NCBI GenBank assembly: GCA_001938485.1
Contig: MQRK01200470.1
Coordinates: 1-54,130, forward strand
Direction: 5' to 3'
Origin: Girardia tigrina
Lineage: Eukaryota
DNA: 54,130 nucleotides
Part shown: positions 22,990-35,342 of the stretch, piece after piece
Position numbering within the stretch: position 1 is the stretch's first letter
Layout: each line of letters opens with the position of its first letter
Made by a program: the position numbers and the translations under genes
The notes under the pieces: model-generated
Seen by the model: only the letters and a program-made list of their open reading frames with translations
Databases searched by the model: none
What the model was told of the DNA's origin: nothing

Positions 22990-23290
22990 TCAATCGTATT
23001 TTGTCAAATTCAAATTAATAAAGCAATTAAAATTTATTATATTATGTAATAATTTTGACAGTTTAGCTGTCATCTTCAGATCAACTGATTTTTATAAAAG
23101 AAAGTTACTTATATATTGCCAGTAATGATAGTGCAATTGACTGTCATCAATAAATCATCTAAAAACTCTCAATGAAGTTACAGATTGTATTTCTAAAATT
23201 ACCTTTAGGATCAAAAGGTTTTGTCACTCTCACAATAATTCTTAATTTGAGTGCACAGAATTTTAAAATTACAAGTATTTATGTCCCTGT
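22990..23290 (-). mobile_element. Penelope-like 3' terminus with a decayed hammerhead (23045-23085)
   Basis: Minus strand has NFKIL..KLRII...KP-like endonuclease tail traces, then CTGAAGA-T-GACAG(CTAAA)CTGTC-AAAA (GAAA changed to AAAA). Confidence 0.6.
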
Positions 23291-23369
23291 ACAATAAATA
23301 TAAATATAATCTCCATTATCTAAACAATTGAAGATATACTTGACAATAAACCTTGAAATCTGTTGAAAT

Positions 23370-23710
23370 TGTTGTAGAGACCCCATTGTCACCCTATCAA
23401 GGTTTGTCGGACAATGATCCGCTCACTTGTTTTGCAAAAAAACCGAATTCGAAGTAGTCAAATGAGCTGATGAAATAACCAAAGACGAATTTGAACGAAT
23501 CACAACGATTATGTCAAACCCGTCAGTCTACAAAATTCCATTGAGGTTCTTAAACAGACAGAGACGTGAAAGACGACATCTTCGTGATATAAACATCCTC
23601 AATACAGCCATCAATATCCGATTGTTACAATCACGAAACTCCACAAGTTACATTATCCCTTAAGGTCCAGACCGAATACTATCGTCATTTCTTTGGCGAA
23701 ACAGAAAGAA
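23370..23710 (+). mobile_element. Possible CR1/L2-like LINE ORF2 C-terminal fragment
   Basis: FERIT...[18 protein letters not shown]...YIIP/KVQTEYYRHFFGE loosely resembles the post-RT tail of CR1-group LINEs. Confidence 0.35.
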
Positions 23711-24149
23711 AGAAATGTTTAGTAGTAAAAAATAATGAATTTAGAAGAACCTATTTAGAAGTATCTATAGAAATACTACCAAAATGTAATATTGATATAA
23801 TAAAAAAACGAGGTAAAAAGTTAAATTTATCATTGCCCCCTCACTATTTTTTGTAAAATTCCCATACGATGAATATTCAGACTAACAACGCGTGCTGATT
23901 GAATGCAGTCGTTCATCTTTTTAATAATTTTGCAAAACACTCTAAAAATATATTTAGAAATTTTGTCTAAAATTTGTAGACGAAGATTTTAGATTGCGGA
24001 ATTCATGAATAAATAATAGAATAATTTTATTATTGATTAATTAAATTGAATTTTCTATCAATTATAAAGCATAGCTATTATCCGTATTTTAGCTTCGTAA
24101 TATTCATTTGATTATTATTAAAATAATATTGTAGTTGTCGAGATAAATA

Positions 24150-25560
24150 ATCATTTATATGATTTTAGGAACCATTTTTTTCTTTCTTTTCCAATTTTTT
24201 ACAACGTTATTTTATTATATCAATATTGCATTTTATAAGTATTTTTGTTAGTATATATGCTCTTGCGTAAATTGAATTCTTTAACGGATGACTTTAGCTG
24301 AGAATTCAATTGGTTCGGTCTCTTCATCAGAATCAATCTCTAGAACAATTGTATCATTAACCATAACAACCAAATCTGCTTCATCGTGTTCTTCATCAAA
24401 CATTAGTTCCCCAATATCTGTCTCAGTCAAACTATCGAAACCTTCTCCAACTATTTGTGCCAACTCAACAATCTGAGAATATTCATGTTCCAATGATTCA
24501 GTCGTCTCATGTTCAACTACACCGGTCCATATGTTTTTCCAACAGGCTTTTAACGTTGATTTCTTAATGTTGAGATATGACAATGAAACATTTTTAATGC
24601 AATCCAATATTTTATATTTTTCCAGGTATTCATTAATGTCTAAGATTCATCGTTTTCCATTTATCTAAAACATACTTGAAGGTTTGCTTTATGTACAGTG
24701 CTTTAAAGGTTGAGATTATCCCTTAATATTGTGGCTGCATTAAGGAAGTCATATTCTTTGGTAAAAATTAAACATGCACATTTTCATGTTGGAAATCTTC
24801 AAGATGGCCGAGTGCATTGCAAAATAACAAAAGAACTTTAAATGGTAATCCCTTTTCACTAAAATACTTTTTGGCATCAGGAATAAAAGAATAATGAAAC
24901 CATTCTTTAAAAAGGACGGCAGTAACACATGCATTCTTATTGACCATCCAATAAACATGCAGGTTTTTGACATTAATTCCTTTAAACGCACGTTGTGTTT
25001 ATTGATTTGTTAATAAGCAATGGTTTTATTCTATGATCACCTGAAGCGTTCCTATAGAAAAGAATTGTAATGCGATCTTTCGCTGCTTTATGGCACTAGC
25101 TGTTTGTGAACTTTAGCTAAATAGGTTCTCTTTGGGATATTTTCCAAAAGAGCACCGTCTCGTCGGCATTGAAAACCTGGTGAGCAATGTATGAATTAAC
25201 AGTAATGATTTAAGCTAATTTTGCTGGATATTCTTGTGCTGCATTTACATCACCAGATGCAGATTCACCTTTCATTGTTAGATTATGTAGAGATTGTCTT
25301 TTTTTGAATCTGTCGAACCAATCATAACTAGCTGAAAACGTCGGTTTCTTGTCAGCTGAAGAAGTAGAGGGTGACTGTTCCTGAATTTTTTCATAAATCT
25401 GCAAAACCTGATTTGTGATTGCTTTCATATCAATTGGTAACCGTTTTTGAGTTTGGTCATCTATCCACAACATTAATACCTTTTCCATCACTTCAATCGA
25501 AATATTCATTCTTATAAAATTTGTTTTTGATTAATATCACACTCCATCGTAACTTTAAGA
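24150..25560 (-). mobile_element. pogo/Tigger-like DNA transposon, decayed transposase
   Basis: CENP-B-type HTH (MEKVLMLWIDDQ...FSASYDWFDRFKKR...GESASGD), VFNADET, HKAAKDRIT and STLKACWKNIW, with many frameshifts. TIRs not located. Confidence 0.88.
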
Positions 25561-28188
25561 AAGTCAGCGTTATATTCGGTGTATAAATTGTTGAGTCAGA
25601 TTGGAAATACAGGATGTATAGTGTGTATAGTGCTTAGATATTTAGATAAAATTTATATAAAGAAAGTTTATGGTCTTCAAAAATCTAATATCAGCCAAAA
25701 CTGAAATAAATAAAACCATAATCTACGGCTAATATGAAAATACATACATATTATGGCAAACGAGAAACCATGAAAATGAAATTATGTTAAAAGTACCTTG
25801 TAAATTTGGGTTCAAGTCTTTATAGAAATGTTTTGGTTTTTTCCTTTAATGCTTTATAATAAACTTATTATGTTATTAGTAAATATTTAATTGCAAAATG
25901 GAGTTGTCAAATTTTTTTTGTGAAATTTTCCCTTCTACAAAAGATAATAAAAAAATCTGTTGACCAAGCAGAGTTTTACCCGCATAATGAATGGATATAA
26001 ATAATTATTTTTTTTTAATTTATCAGTTAATTAACCTATTATATTTTATTTGTCAGTTAAAACAAAATAATTTCATTTTAATATTTTATTGTTGATAAAT
26101 GATAATGCTTGTGGTGCTCTGGTCAAGCAATAAAAAAACAATTAAAAAAAATCTACTTTTGTTTAATTAAATTAAACAAAAATAATTACTGAATAAAAAT
26201 TAAAACCTTGGAATTTTTCAAATAAATAAATGTTTCAAATAAAATCGAGGTTTTAATCTTTGTTTCACCGTTTGATTGATCCACAAATTAAACCGTTCGG
26301 TTCGGACCGACCGACGCCTTACTCGAGATATCGGTACACGGACGAAACACAAATCAATTTACCGATGAACCGATCATCATCCGATACGGGATCGATTACC
26401 AAACGGAGAGCGACACATAACAGGGAACCGCCACGAGTCGGTCGCGGGACCGATGTTCACTGGACCCGATCAGTACCCAGCCACCGTCGAACTGACACAC
26501 CGACCTTTCCGGGCACCGAGTCCAATACAATTAAGAGTCGCTGGTCGCCGCCACTCGGTCCTGCAGCCAATACATCATTGTCGAAGGTCCAAATGGAACT
26601 TCAAATAAATATTATCTTTTATCTACAATTTTTATAAAGGTTTTGTATTTGAAACTTGAAAAAAATAATGTTTTTATTTCGCGTTTTTATTTTTCAATAA
26701 TTAAACAAAATAAATTATCATTAAAAATAATTTTTTTAATTACTAATTTAATTTTGTAATAACACTTGTAATCATTTCTAATTTATTTGTTTTAAATGGA
26801 TTAAATGATATGAAGTAATATTTGCAATTAAATATGTAAGTTTTAAATTTAATAAAAATACAACAAAAGATTATGTTTTCATTTTTTATTATATTAATAA
26901 CGTAAAATATATTATATTTATTTACAGATTATATAAGATTTATTACTCAAATGAATCCAGCTGAATTTTATGACATTATAATCACTAAATATACTTAGCG
27001 AACAAATTAAGTATTCGTTTAGTCTAATATTTAAAATGTTTAATTCATATAAAATATAAAAAAATACTATTTTATAATTAAATAATCGATAAATAATTAT
27101 TAGAAAAATCGATCACAGAAACAAAGGATAAATTAATTAATGGATCAAAACATGAACTATTGGATTGTAAATTTTGGACCCTTTGGAGTACAGTAGGAAA
27201 TTGTAAAAAATCAATTTTTTAATTGTTTGCTCTTTATTATTTTAAAGTAAAAAAAAGATTTTAAAGATTTTAAAGTAAATCTTACGTGTATTAAACATTT
27301 GTAAAAACAAATGGCTAAAGTAGGAACTCTGAAAGAATTTTAAAGCTCCTCAGAGTTTTCAAAATACCATTAGTCATTTCAATTGAATGACTATGTTACC
27401 ATGGTGCAATGATTACAAGAATATACTCCTATGCAATAATATAATAAAATATAAATAAAATACTTATGCAATAATATACTCTCTAATTTCGATTATAATA
27501 CTCTTTCCAAATTATTTTTACTACCTCTAAATCATTCATTTAATTGACTGTAAATTAAAGTTATTTATTGTTAGAATCTTTTAAATAACGGATTTTTTAA
27601 TTTTGCAAAAATAAAATTTTATATCTTTAACATATATCTATCATTATACAGTAATGATTTTTTCATAAAATAAAGTTCTTCAATGAATTTGGTAGTGTTA
27701 CTGTCTTATTTTTAAGCACCAGGCTACGGTCTAAGTGCAGAGAAAAGCAGTTTTCAAAAGCGGAAATTGACAGATAATTTTGAACATTAGTCAATTAGAT
27801 ATCATTAAGTTTTAATTTAGTTTTTAAAAAATGGACGTATATCGAACTAAACAATACGACTCTTGTCTTTGAATGTAAAAAATATTCTCAGTTCAGGGAT
27901 ATACATTGACTTCGGAAGTAGAAAAAAAATATGATATCGAAATCCAGGTATTTAATAGATGCTCCGGAATTGGTACCCCTGATTATGACATATACACGCT
28001 ATTTAAAATAAATATTTCTTTCAATAATAACCAAGAAATTAGGATGGAAAGTACAATTAGATGGAAAGTATACTCCCAAAAAGTAGTACCCTGTCACTAA
28101 TTGAATTAAAGATTTATAAATTTTATAGCTCCTGAACATAATTCATAAAATTATCTACCTAAAAATTAATATTTGATTTTTTATTCAG

Positions 28189-28314
28189 AAATTACGGATT
28201 TCGGGAAGTGGCAAGCGTACGATGTCGCTGATATGATTAAATCCTATTTTCGATCTCTTCCAGAATGTTTGATGACAAATAAATTTTCCAATACCCTTAT
28301 ATCTATCAAAACGT
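28189..28314 (+). CDS. RhoGAP-START (DLC1/STARD13/cv-c-like) gene, internal exon A (RhoGAP domain)
   Basis: Not in the ORF track. Acceptor ttattcag, donor gttagt. Reads ITDFGKWQAYDVADMIKSYFRSLPECLMTNKFSNTLISIKT, matching the DLC-family 'AYDVADMLKQYFRDLPEPLMTNKLS' segment. The terminal T joins AT of exon B to give Tyr. Confidence 0.92.
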
Positions 28315-28430
28315 GTTAGTTAAGTTAATGAAATTTTTTATGTAATAGAACTTTGATTTAAACAAAATTATTTATTTTAATTTAATATAAAAATGTTATA
28401 ATAATAAAAAATGCTACAATAGGAACTCAA

Positions 28431-29086
28431 TGTAGGTGCATGATTGATTGTATGTATGAATGTGTTTGTGATTGTATGTTTGATGATGTGTTTGAAAATA
28501 TTCCTCTGGAGATGTGTAGATTAGATAATGAACCTGAAGAAGACGATGAAATATGTGCTATTTTAAATTTGGTATGTTGAAATTGGTTTGTTGAATGTTG
28601 TATGTTGAGTTTAGTATTTGGAAATGTGTTTCTCCCACCCAAATGGAAAATTGAGATTTTAGATGTTTACGATAAATAATTATTCGAGTATAATTTGCAT
28701 TTTAAAGTACAACATAAGATATTTAAAAACTTTAAAAATATTAAATCGTGTCAAATTTTCATATTAAAATTTAAATAAAGTAAATAGTTTTAACTAAGTC
28801 TTGAATTAATTACATGTTCTTTCTTTCCATAAAATAATTTTTAAATAAAATTAATATGTAAATAAAATTATTACTAAAATTACAAAATTTGAACTTTAAA
28901 AATAAAATCTGAAAATAATGAAAACTTTGTTCGAATAGTTGTTTATTAAAAAAACATTAACTAAAAGTTATCAATTTAGAACGATGTCGAATTACGAGAG
29001 TTTTTCTGAGAGTTGTCCAAAAATCAATTCTAATTGTATTGAAAATAAAAGTCCGAAAACCCATGTTGGTGTTCTTAATAACTAAT
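28431..29086 (+). mobile_element. LTR related to 8132-8562 and 52657-53169 (boundaries approximate)
   Basis: TG-rich 5' part, CCCAAATGGAAAATTG core and GTTCTTAATA near the 3' end. Lies in intron A-B. Confidence 0.6.
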
Positions 29087-30049
29087 AATTCTTATTAATT
29101 TTTCTTTATAAATTGTACATAATACAAAAATTAAATAAATCACAATAAACCCACGTATATTTTATATCTGCAAAGGTTTATTCTTTATATATTCTCTTCG
29201 TAATAATTACTGGTAGTAATCTGGATATTTGAACATCTTAATATGGAGTGTGGTTTAGATATGTCAAATGTTTTTACACTATCAAGACAAGTTAAGCTTT
29301 CCGTTTTGTCTTTTTGGAATTTGGTTACATTGTTCTCATTTGAAAATAAAAATAATTCCGCGTTTATAGAAAGATTTTCAAATTTAAGTCAGCGTGAATA
29401 AGGTTAAATGTATAAATGTTCGAACTATAATAATAATAATAATTTCTAGGCTCTCAAGAACTGGTTTGAAAAATTTTGAATATAATGATTATTTGAAATA
29501 TTAGTTTTTGTATTTTCAAAAATTAAATGTCATTTGAAATTATTAATCAAAGCGATGTAATAAGTGTGAAGTATTTTTTCCAACGAAAATTCACAAAATA
29601 AAACTCCTTAATAATAATATAATTTTTTGCGGCTTAGGATCGATAATAATTTACAAAAAAGATGTTTCTCAAATAATTTTGTGAAACTGTATGTTATTAA
29701 GAAAAGATTTTGTTTAAATACTGCCGATAAGGTGAGAAATTTGAACAGTGTCAATATAGAAATAAATAATTGTAAATTGTGTTGAAATAAAAATTTCTCG
29801 TCAATGACTTTTTTTATTCTGATTCAAGTGATGTACCTACTATATATTCATTTAATGTTTTTTGAAAAAATATTTGTTAAAGTTCTTTTTAAAAGATTAT
29901 TGTTGAACATGCTTTGATCAGGATATTTAATCCTCTTTAGCAATTAATATTTTGATAAAATCTAGAGTATATATGAAAACCAAAAAAAATATTGCCAATG
30001 ATGTTTAATGAAAACCAAAGACTAAGAACAATTTATTTTAATATTAAGG

Positions 30050-30415
30050 ATGCGGAACATTTCGACGACAGGACGTTTGAACGCCATAATTTTATTTTTC
30101 ATAATTGTTTTCTAAATTAGGATTCTTAGGAATTAAGTTAAATAATTTTTTATAAATTAGGATGTTGGGAAATAATATGAAATGAATTTTTATTAATTAT
30201 GAATTACTAGGCATAAAATGTAATAAAATTTTTTGAATTAGGATAATTAGATTGGCTATAAATTCCATATTATTTTTTTTATTTGTATGATGTATTCTTC
30301 TTGATTCTTCTTCAAGATTCTTCTTGAGTACCAGATATTTTGCTCTCAGAAATTCTGTTCTAGAAATCATGTCTTTAAAAAAAATTATTTAAGGCCGCGT
30401 CAAAGTGTCCTGCTT
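30050..30415. repeat. MITE-like element
   Basis: Imperfect inverted ends CAGGACGTTTGAACGC / GCGTCAAAGTGTCCTG around an AT-rich core. Confidence 0.4.
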
Positions 30416-31287
30416 TAGAATAAAATACCGAACAATTTGTTTTTTTTATCCTCAGTTTAATTTTAGAAAGAGATCATTAACAAAATCTATTCTTATTTTC
30501 TAAGTTTTTTTTAAATTAAATTCCCATGAGCGACTTAAATAAAATATGAATTTGGAAGATGGTAAAAAGAGGGTTAATAGAAGACTTAAAGTTGAAAAAA
30601 GTATGACTTTTGAACAGCGTAATGGGAAGAACTCATTATATCTAAGGATCAATTTATTGTCATTATGTTAGAAAAAATAACCTTGAACTAAGGTAAAAGA
30701 TCGAGAAATGCTTTCTATAAATCTTTGAAAATATTTTATAAGATATAAATGATACTATGATAAAATTTATCATTGTTTAACCGCTAAACAGTTTTACCCG
30801 AGCGCCGTTGGAGCAGCCCACATACTAATGTACTTACTTCTCCGAGTGTTACTCGGACAAAGGTTTTTGCAAGGTTTATACGAGTATGTGCATGTATAAT
30901 TGACTCCCATTTATTTCTTTCGACATTATGCTATTTACAACATTTTATTCAGTTTTCACAGTGGTTTACTGGTGGGTACATAACGAATTATTATTATGAT
31001 ATTTTATTGGTCTGTTAAGTGGTTAAGATAAAAATTTTCCATCAACATAACATAGGATAAGGAAAGATCTTTGAAATCAAAATAAGAAAATTTATTGAGT
31101 CTAATGATATTTCAAATGAAAAAAAAACTTCTGAAAATAATTAAATAATTAGATCTAAAATGAACCTTTTTTGAAAACAGAAGAACTAAGTTTTTTATGA
31201 GTTTTTATTTCATGTAAAAATTATTTTAATTTAATGCAATTAATAATTTTATTATGAAAAATGGAAATAATATAATTTATTTCAAAG

Positions 31288-31418
31288 ATATTCCTGAACA
31301 AAACTGGTTTGAAGCAATTCAATGGGTGATCATTAAGTTGCCAGATGAAAACCGATTGGTACTGCAGAGTCTGTTATACTTTTTAGCGGATCTAACAAAA
31401 CATTCAAACACTACACAA
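31288..31418 (+). CDS. RhoGAP-START gene, exon B (RhoGAP domain)
   Basis: Acceptor ttcaaag, donor gtactt. (Y)IPEQNWFEAIQWVIIKLPDENRLVLQSLLYFLADLTKHSNTTQ matches DLC-type 'LLPDENREVLQTLLYFL'. Ends in phase 0. Confidence 0.92.
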
Positions 31419-31559
31419 GTACTTGAATTTTTTGTTACGTTCAATTAAGTATAAAAATAAAAGATAATTCCAATAAATAGTAGATGCTTGTTGTATAATA
31501 ATAATTATATAAAATATTATTTTTCTGAACTTAATAAAATCAACTTTTAATGTTTTAAT

Positions 31560-32320
31560 GGCAAACTAATAATCATAATAAAAAGACAAAACGTCATTTT
31601 ATTCCAAATTTTATTATAATATACTGGTTTCGTCTTTACAGGCATTACCAGTACTAAAATATTAAATAAACAAAGATTTATCATCTATGTTTTTCAAAAT
31701 AGTCAATCAATTATTAACAATTTTTGCACCTCTTAGAATATTTTGATATGATTTGAAGAATCACTGTATATAAAGATGCAGATGTATATCGTGATGATAA
31801 CCGAAACGCCAATGAGAAAATCATTTATTTCCAATTTGTTGACTATTGGCAATTACAATTGTTTTAATGTGCTATTTCTAAATATTATTAGTGAGTTTGT
31901 TTTGAATAATAAAAGATTTTTATCGTAAATGGTTCGTTTTCTTTGTTGATCGTCACAACATAAGACTTAGTTTAAAATGCCTAATTAATAATGCTTCAGC
32001 GATTATTCTTTCATATTACGTATCAAAATTATCCAATTACCTTCGACATATATTCATTTTTAATGTTTTTTTACTATAAAAGAGACGCAAAAATGAAAAC
32101 AATCAATACCAACCATTTTCAATAGAGACAGTCTTACTTTATACCAATTCTTTCTTTCCAACTTAGAAAAGAATTTGTGATAGTCAAATATCATTTTCTG
32201 AACGTCATAGATTACTAGTTTTCACGATTTAATAATTTATAGCAACCTATTTTGTATTTAAATGCAAGAGATTCTGTATTTCCATATTTAGACTCAAACC
32301 TCTCGCTAACCAAACAAAAG
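31560..32320 (-). mobile_element. Penelope-like 3' fragment (GIY-YIG tail and decayed hammerhead 31616-31656)
   Basis: Minus strand ERIIAEALLIRHFKLSL (~31965-32015) is typical of PLE endonuclease C-termini; then CTGGTAA-T-GCCT(GTAA)AGAC-GAAAC-CA-GTA followed by AATAAA. Confidence 0.62.
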
Positions 32321-32419
32321 AAAAATGTATCATATGTTTTGAACGGTAGTAAATATGAAAAATAGAGACAGATAAATAAAGCTAAACAGATCTAAATATA
32401 CAATAACCTTAAGTAAGCA

Positions 32420-32930
32420 CCGCCTTTGCTTGCCATTGATGGTGGATTTATCCCATTCTTTGTCCTCATTTTGGCTCCGCAGCCCACGGCCTCGCCGGTT
32501 ATAGTTCGAGTGATGCGACCGATTTCTGTAATTTTTGTTTTTTGTAGCCGCCGCCGTCACGTTTGCCGGTTTACTGTTCACTGGTCCATTATTTTTTGGC
32601 AGTCAACGATGATTCCATTGCTGTCGCGTCACTTATCTTCCGCTTGTTGATGCACTTTAGCGCGCGTGTCATTGATATCAGTTCCTCAAGCGGAAATTCT
32701 TTCCTTATCGCCTCTGCCGATATTTGTTTTGCAATATCATCCGGTAGACCGCACAAAAAGGACTGCCTCAGAAAAAAATCCTGGGGCTCGTGAAAAATCT
32801 GCCCGTGAAAAACCGTTGTCGCTAGCCGTCGCAGATCAGATGTGAATTCTTCTACTGCTTCGTCTGATCGAAGATATCTCGAATGGAATTCTGCATACGC
32901 CTCTCTCGTAACTTATTGATTTCCATGGTA
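32420..32930 (-). mobile_element. Gypsy gag fragment
   Basis: Minus-strand frame EAYAEFHSRYLRSDEAVEEFTSDLRRLA...FLRQSFLCGLPDDIAKQI fits the retrotransposon capsid C-terminal pattern. GC-rich island. Confidence 0.75.
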
Positions 32931-32949
32931 GCATAAAACATGTTTAAAA

Positions 32950-34120
32950 TGAAAAAATGCAAAATCTCTGATTATTGATCGTGAAACATTGAACACGATG
33001 ATTAGGAAGCATACAAATGGTTAATGCTTTATCAGTACAAACCAGAAGCGATAATAAACATCCTCTCAGAAAAATGAAGAGTTTAATGAAGTTGATATAA
33101 ATATATTTAACGCAATCTCATGTAACAAAGCCGTAATTCAAAAATAATCTGCGATGAAATTAAACAGGATAACAACATGAGAATTTACCACCAAACAATT
33201 TTAAGAAAGATTAAAACAGGAAATTCACCAGGAAATGACTTTCTTTGAATTCTCTAGACCTTAACCCTTTAAACACTGTTGGTACATATTGTCCCAGAAT
33301 ATACCCTTTCAACACGATTTTTTTGTTTCAGTAATCATGGATTACTGAAATAAAGAAATCGTGTTGAAAGGGTTAATACACCAAAAAATTGAACAAGAAA
33401 ATTGTGTTCACTAACGAAATATATCGTGTTCCAAATCAAAATCTTATATTCCTTAATGAAACTGGTTTCAATAAACACAACAGAAGAAGTTACGGATATT
33501 TACTCGAAAATTCAAAAGTCAATATTAGCATTCACAGGAATAAAAATATTATCAAATGCTTACTATGAACAATATACGTACATAGAATGATTGTATATAA
33601 TTACAGATCTGGATTTTTCAATTCAAATTACTTTATTGAATTTGTATCTAACGTTCTTTTGCCATTTTTAAAGCAAAATCCCGACAAGATACTTGCAATG
33701 GACAAATCTAGGATTCACAAATCAGTACAGGTTATAAGATTCCTAATATCAAAAAACATTGTGTTATTAATTGTGATTAATAATTAATTCATTTGTTTTA
33801 ATCGGTTGTTTGTCGATGATGAGTTGATTTAAATAAATACTTGTGACGCATATTTATTTGTTCTGATTTAGACGACACATTGCTCATAAATTTCCTTTTC
33901 CTTGTTCTCCACAACTTAATCCCATTGAGGAATTTTTCAAAATGAAAAAAAAACTTGTTTTTAATCCATAAGAATACAAATGTCAGAATTATCAATCGAG
34001 GAATCTGTACATGTGATATTGACTGAAGAAAGTCGTTGTAAGGAGCAATAAAAAGAGTTCTATAGACATGTACGTGAATTCTTAGAGATAGCCAAACAAA
34101 AAGAACCTTTTATTTGACTC
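32950..34120 (+). mobile_element. Decayed IS630/Tc1-like (DD34E-type) transposase with internal insertions
   Basis: FLNETGFN (~33450), AMDKSRIHK (~33700) and PCSPQLNPIEEFF (~33900). Confidence 0.75.
33265..33372. mobile_element. piggyBac-type mini-MITE
   Basis: TTAA|CCCTTT...AAAGGG|TTAA with a near-perfect internal hairpin at 33304-33372. Confidence 0.7.
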
Positions 34121-34571
34121 AATCATATAATTTCGTATTTTGCAGCTGTTGCTTAAAAATGTACATGAGGTTTTATATTTTATGAAAAATTTTCTTTTTA
34201 ATCTTTAATAAATCATAGATTATAGTATTTAATCAATGGCGATATAAAATGAATATTTGGGGATATAAAATATATAATATATTGGGATATAAAAAAATCA
34301 ATTAATATTAATTTTATTATTTAAATTAATTTTAATTTCCTATTTTTCTTAATTTAATTTAATAATATGAGTTATTTAACATATATTTATCTGCATATAT
34401 ACAATATTTATAATTATCGCAAGCAAGCAAAATAATTCAGCAATTTTGTCATTCCGAGTCGAATATAATTCTGGTAATGAGAATAATGAAAAGGATTGAT
34501 TCTTGAACGTTCGAAGAGAATGATGTCAAATTATATATTATTTTAACAAATTATTAATATAATAATATAGG

Positions 34572-35035
34572 TGACCAGACAATTACGTACATAAACAATT
34601 GCGTAAGGGACAATTGCAGAAAGATTATTAAATTATTATTATTAATTATTATTAAATTATTGATCACTTTTTCAATGAAATGATGACACATATACAATTC
34701 AAATATTTCTCATATTCTGTTTAATTAACAGTTAATTATATTTTTAAAATAACAAGCTAAAAATCAAAAGAAATATAAATATTCATTAAACATATATTGA
34801 AAATTATTGTTAAAATTAATTTAATTAAAATTATAATTTTAATTGATTAAATTATTTTCCAATTTCCTCATATACTTGAGTTTGTCCCCCAATATTGTAT
34901 TCATTGACTTTAATCTGTGAAGGTTTAGGGTTAGAGTTATGTTTATGGTTAGGGTTAGGCTTACGGTTTATTTCATGATATTAAATAATCAATTTTTTAA
35001 GTTATAATTTTTTATGTACGCAATTGTCACGGAAC
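34572..35035. repeat. MITE-like element with internal TTAGGG-like repeats
   Basis: Inverted ends GACAATTACGTACA / TGTACGCAATTGTC; degenerate GGGTTA units at 34922-34967. Confidence 0.55.
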
Positions 35036-35147
35036 GAGTAATATGCTTTCGATATTCTGAAACAGTTATTATTATTTACGCATTTTATATTTAAATAAAT
35101 TTTCATTAAGTGAATTATTTTATAACAAGTATTAAATATTTTTACAG

Positions 35148-35342
35148 ATGACATCATATAATCTTGCAGTCTGTTTGTCTCCATCTCTGTTTCATTCGCC
35201 CCATTTAATTAACTCGACATCAATAAGTCCTATTCGAATGAGGAAAAGTATTCATGGTCCTGATCCAAGAAATTTAGAAGATCAAAAAGCCACGCATCAT
35301 TGTTTGAAATTTATGATTGATCATGCGGCATCACTGTTCCGA
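35148..35342 (+). CDS. RhoGAP-START gene, exon C (end of RhoGAP domain)
   Basis: Acceptor tttacag, donor gtaagt, 195 nt. MTSYNLAVCLSPSLFH...KATHHCLKFMIDHAASLFR matches DLC 'MTPTNLAVCLAPSLFH'. Confidence 0.94.

Noticed and set aside
23466-23492. CTGATGA...CGAA as a hammerhead
   Set aside because: No stem II pairing and no GAAA; embedded in a coding-like fragment.
26260-26637. 125-aa ORF as a host gene
   Set aside because: Non-ATG start, composition driven by local GC richness, no recognisable domain.
27906-28100. ORF just upstream of exon A as a RhoGAP exon
   Set aside because: No RhoGAP motifs and no convincing splice sites in a compatible phase.
28530-28556. CTGAAGA...GAAA as another hammerhead
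   Set aside because: The intervening AGACGAT cannot form stem II and there is no stem I; it lies inside an LTR.
31790-31812. GTGATGATAACCGAAACG as a hammerhead remnant
   Set aside because: Core C is missing and stem II is absent; too degenerate to support.
34922-34967. Interstitial telomere (TTAGGG)
   Set aside because: Only a few degenerate units inside a MITE-like element; not an array.
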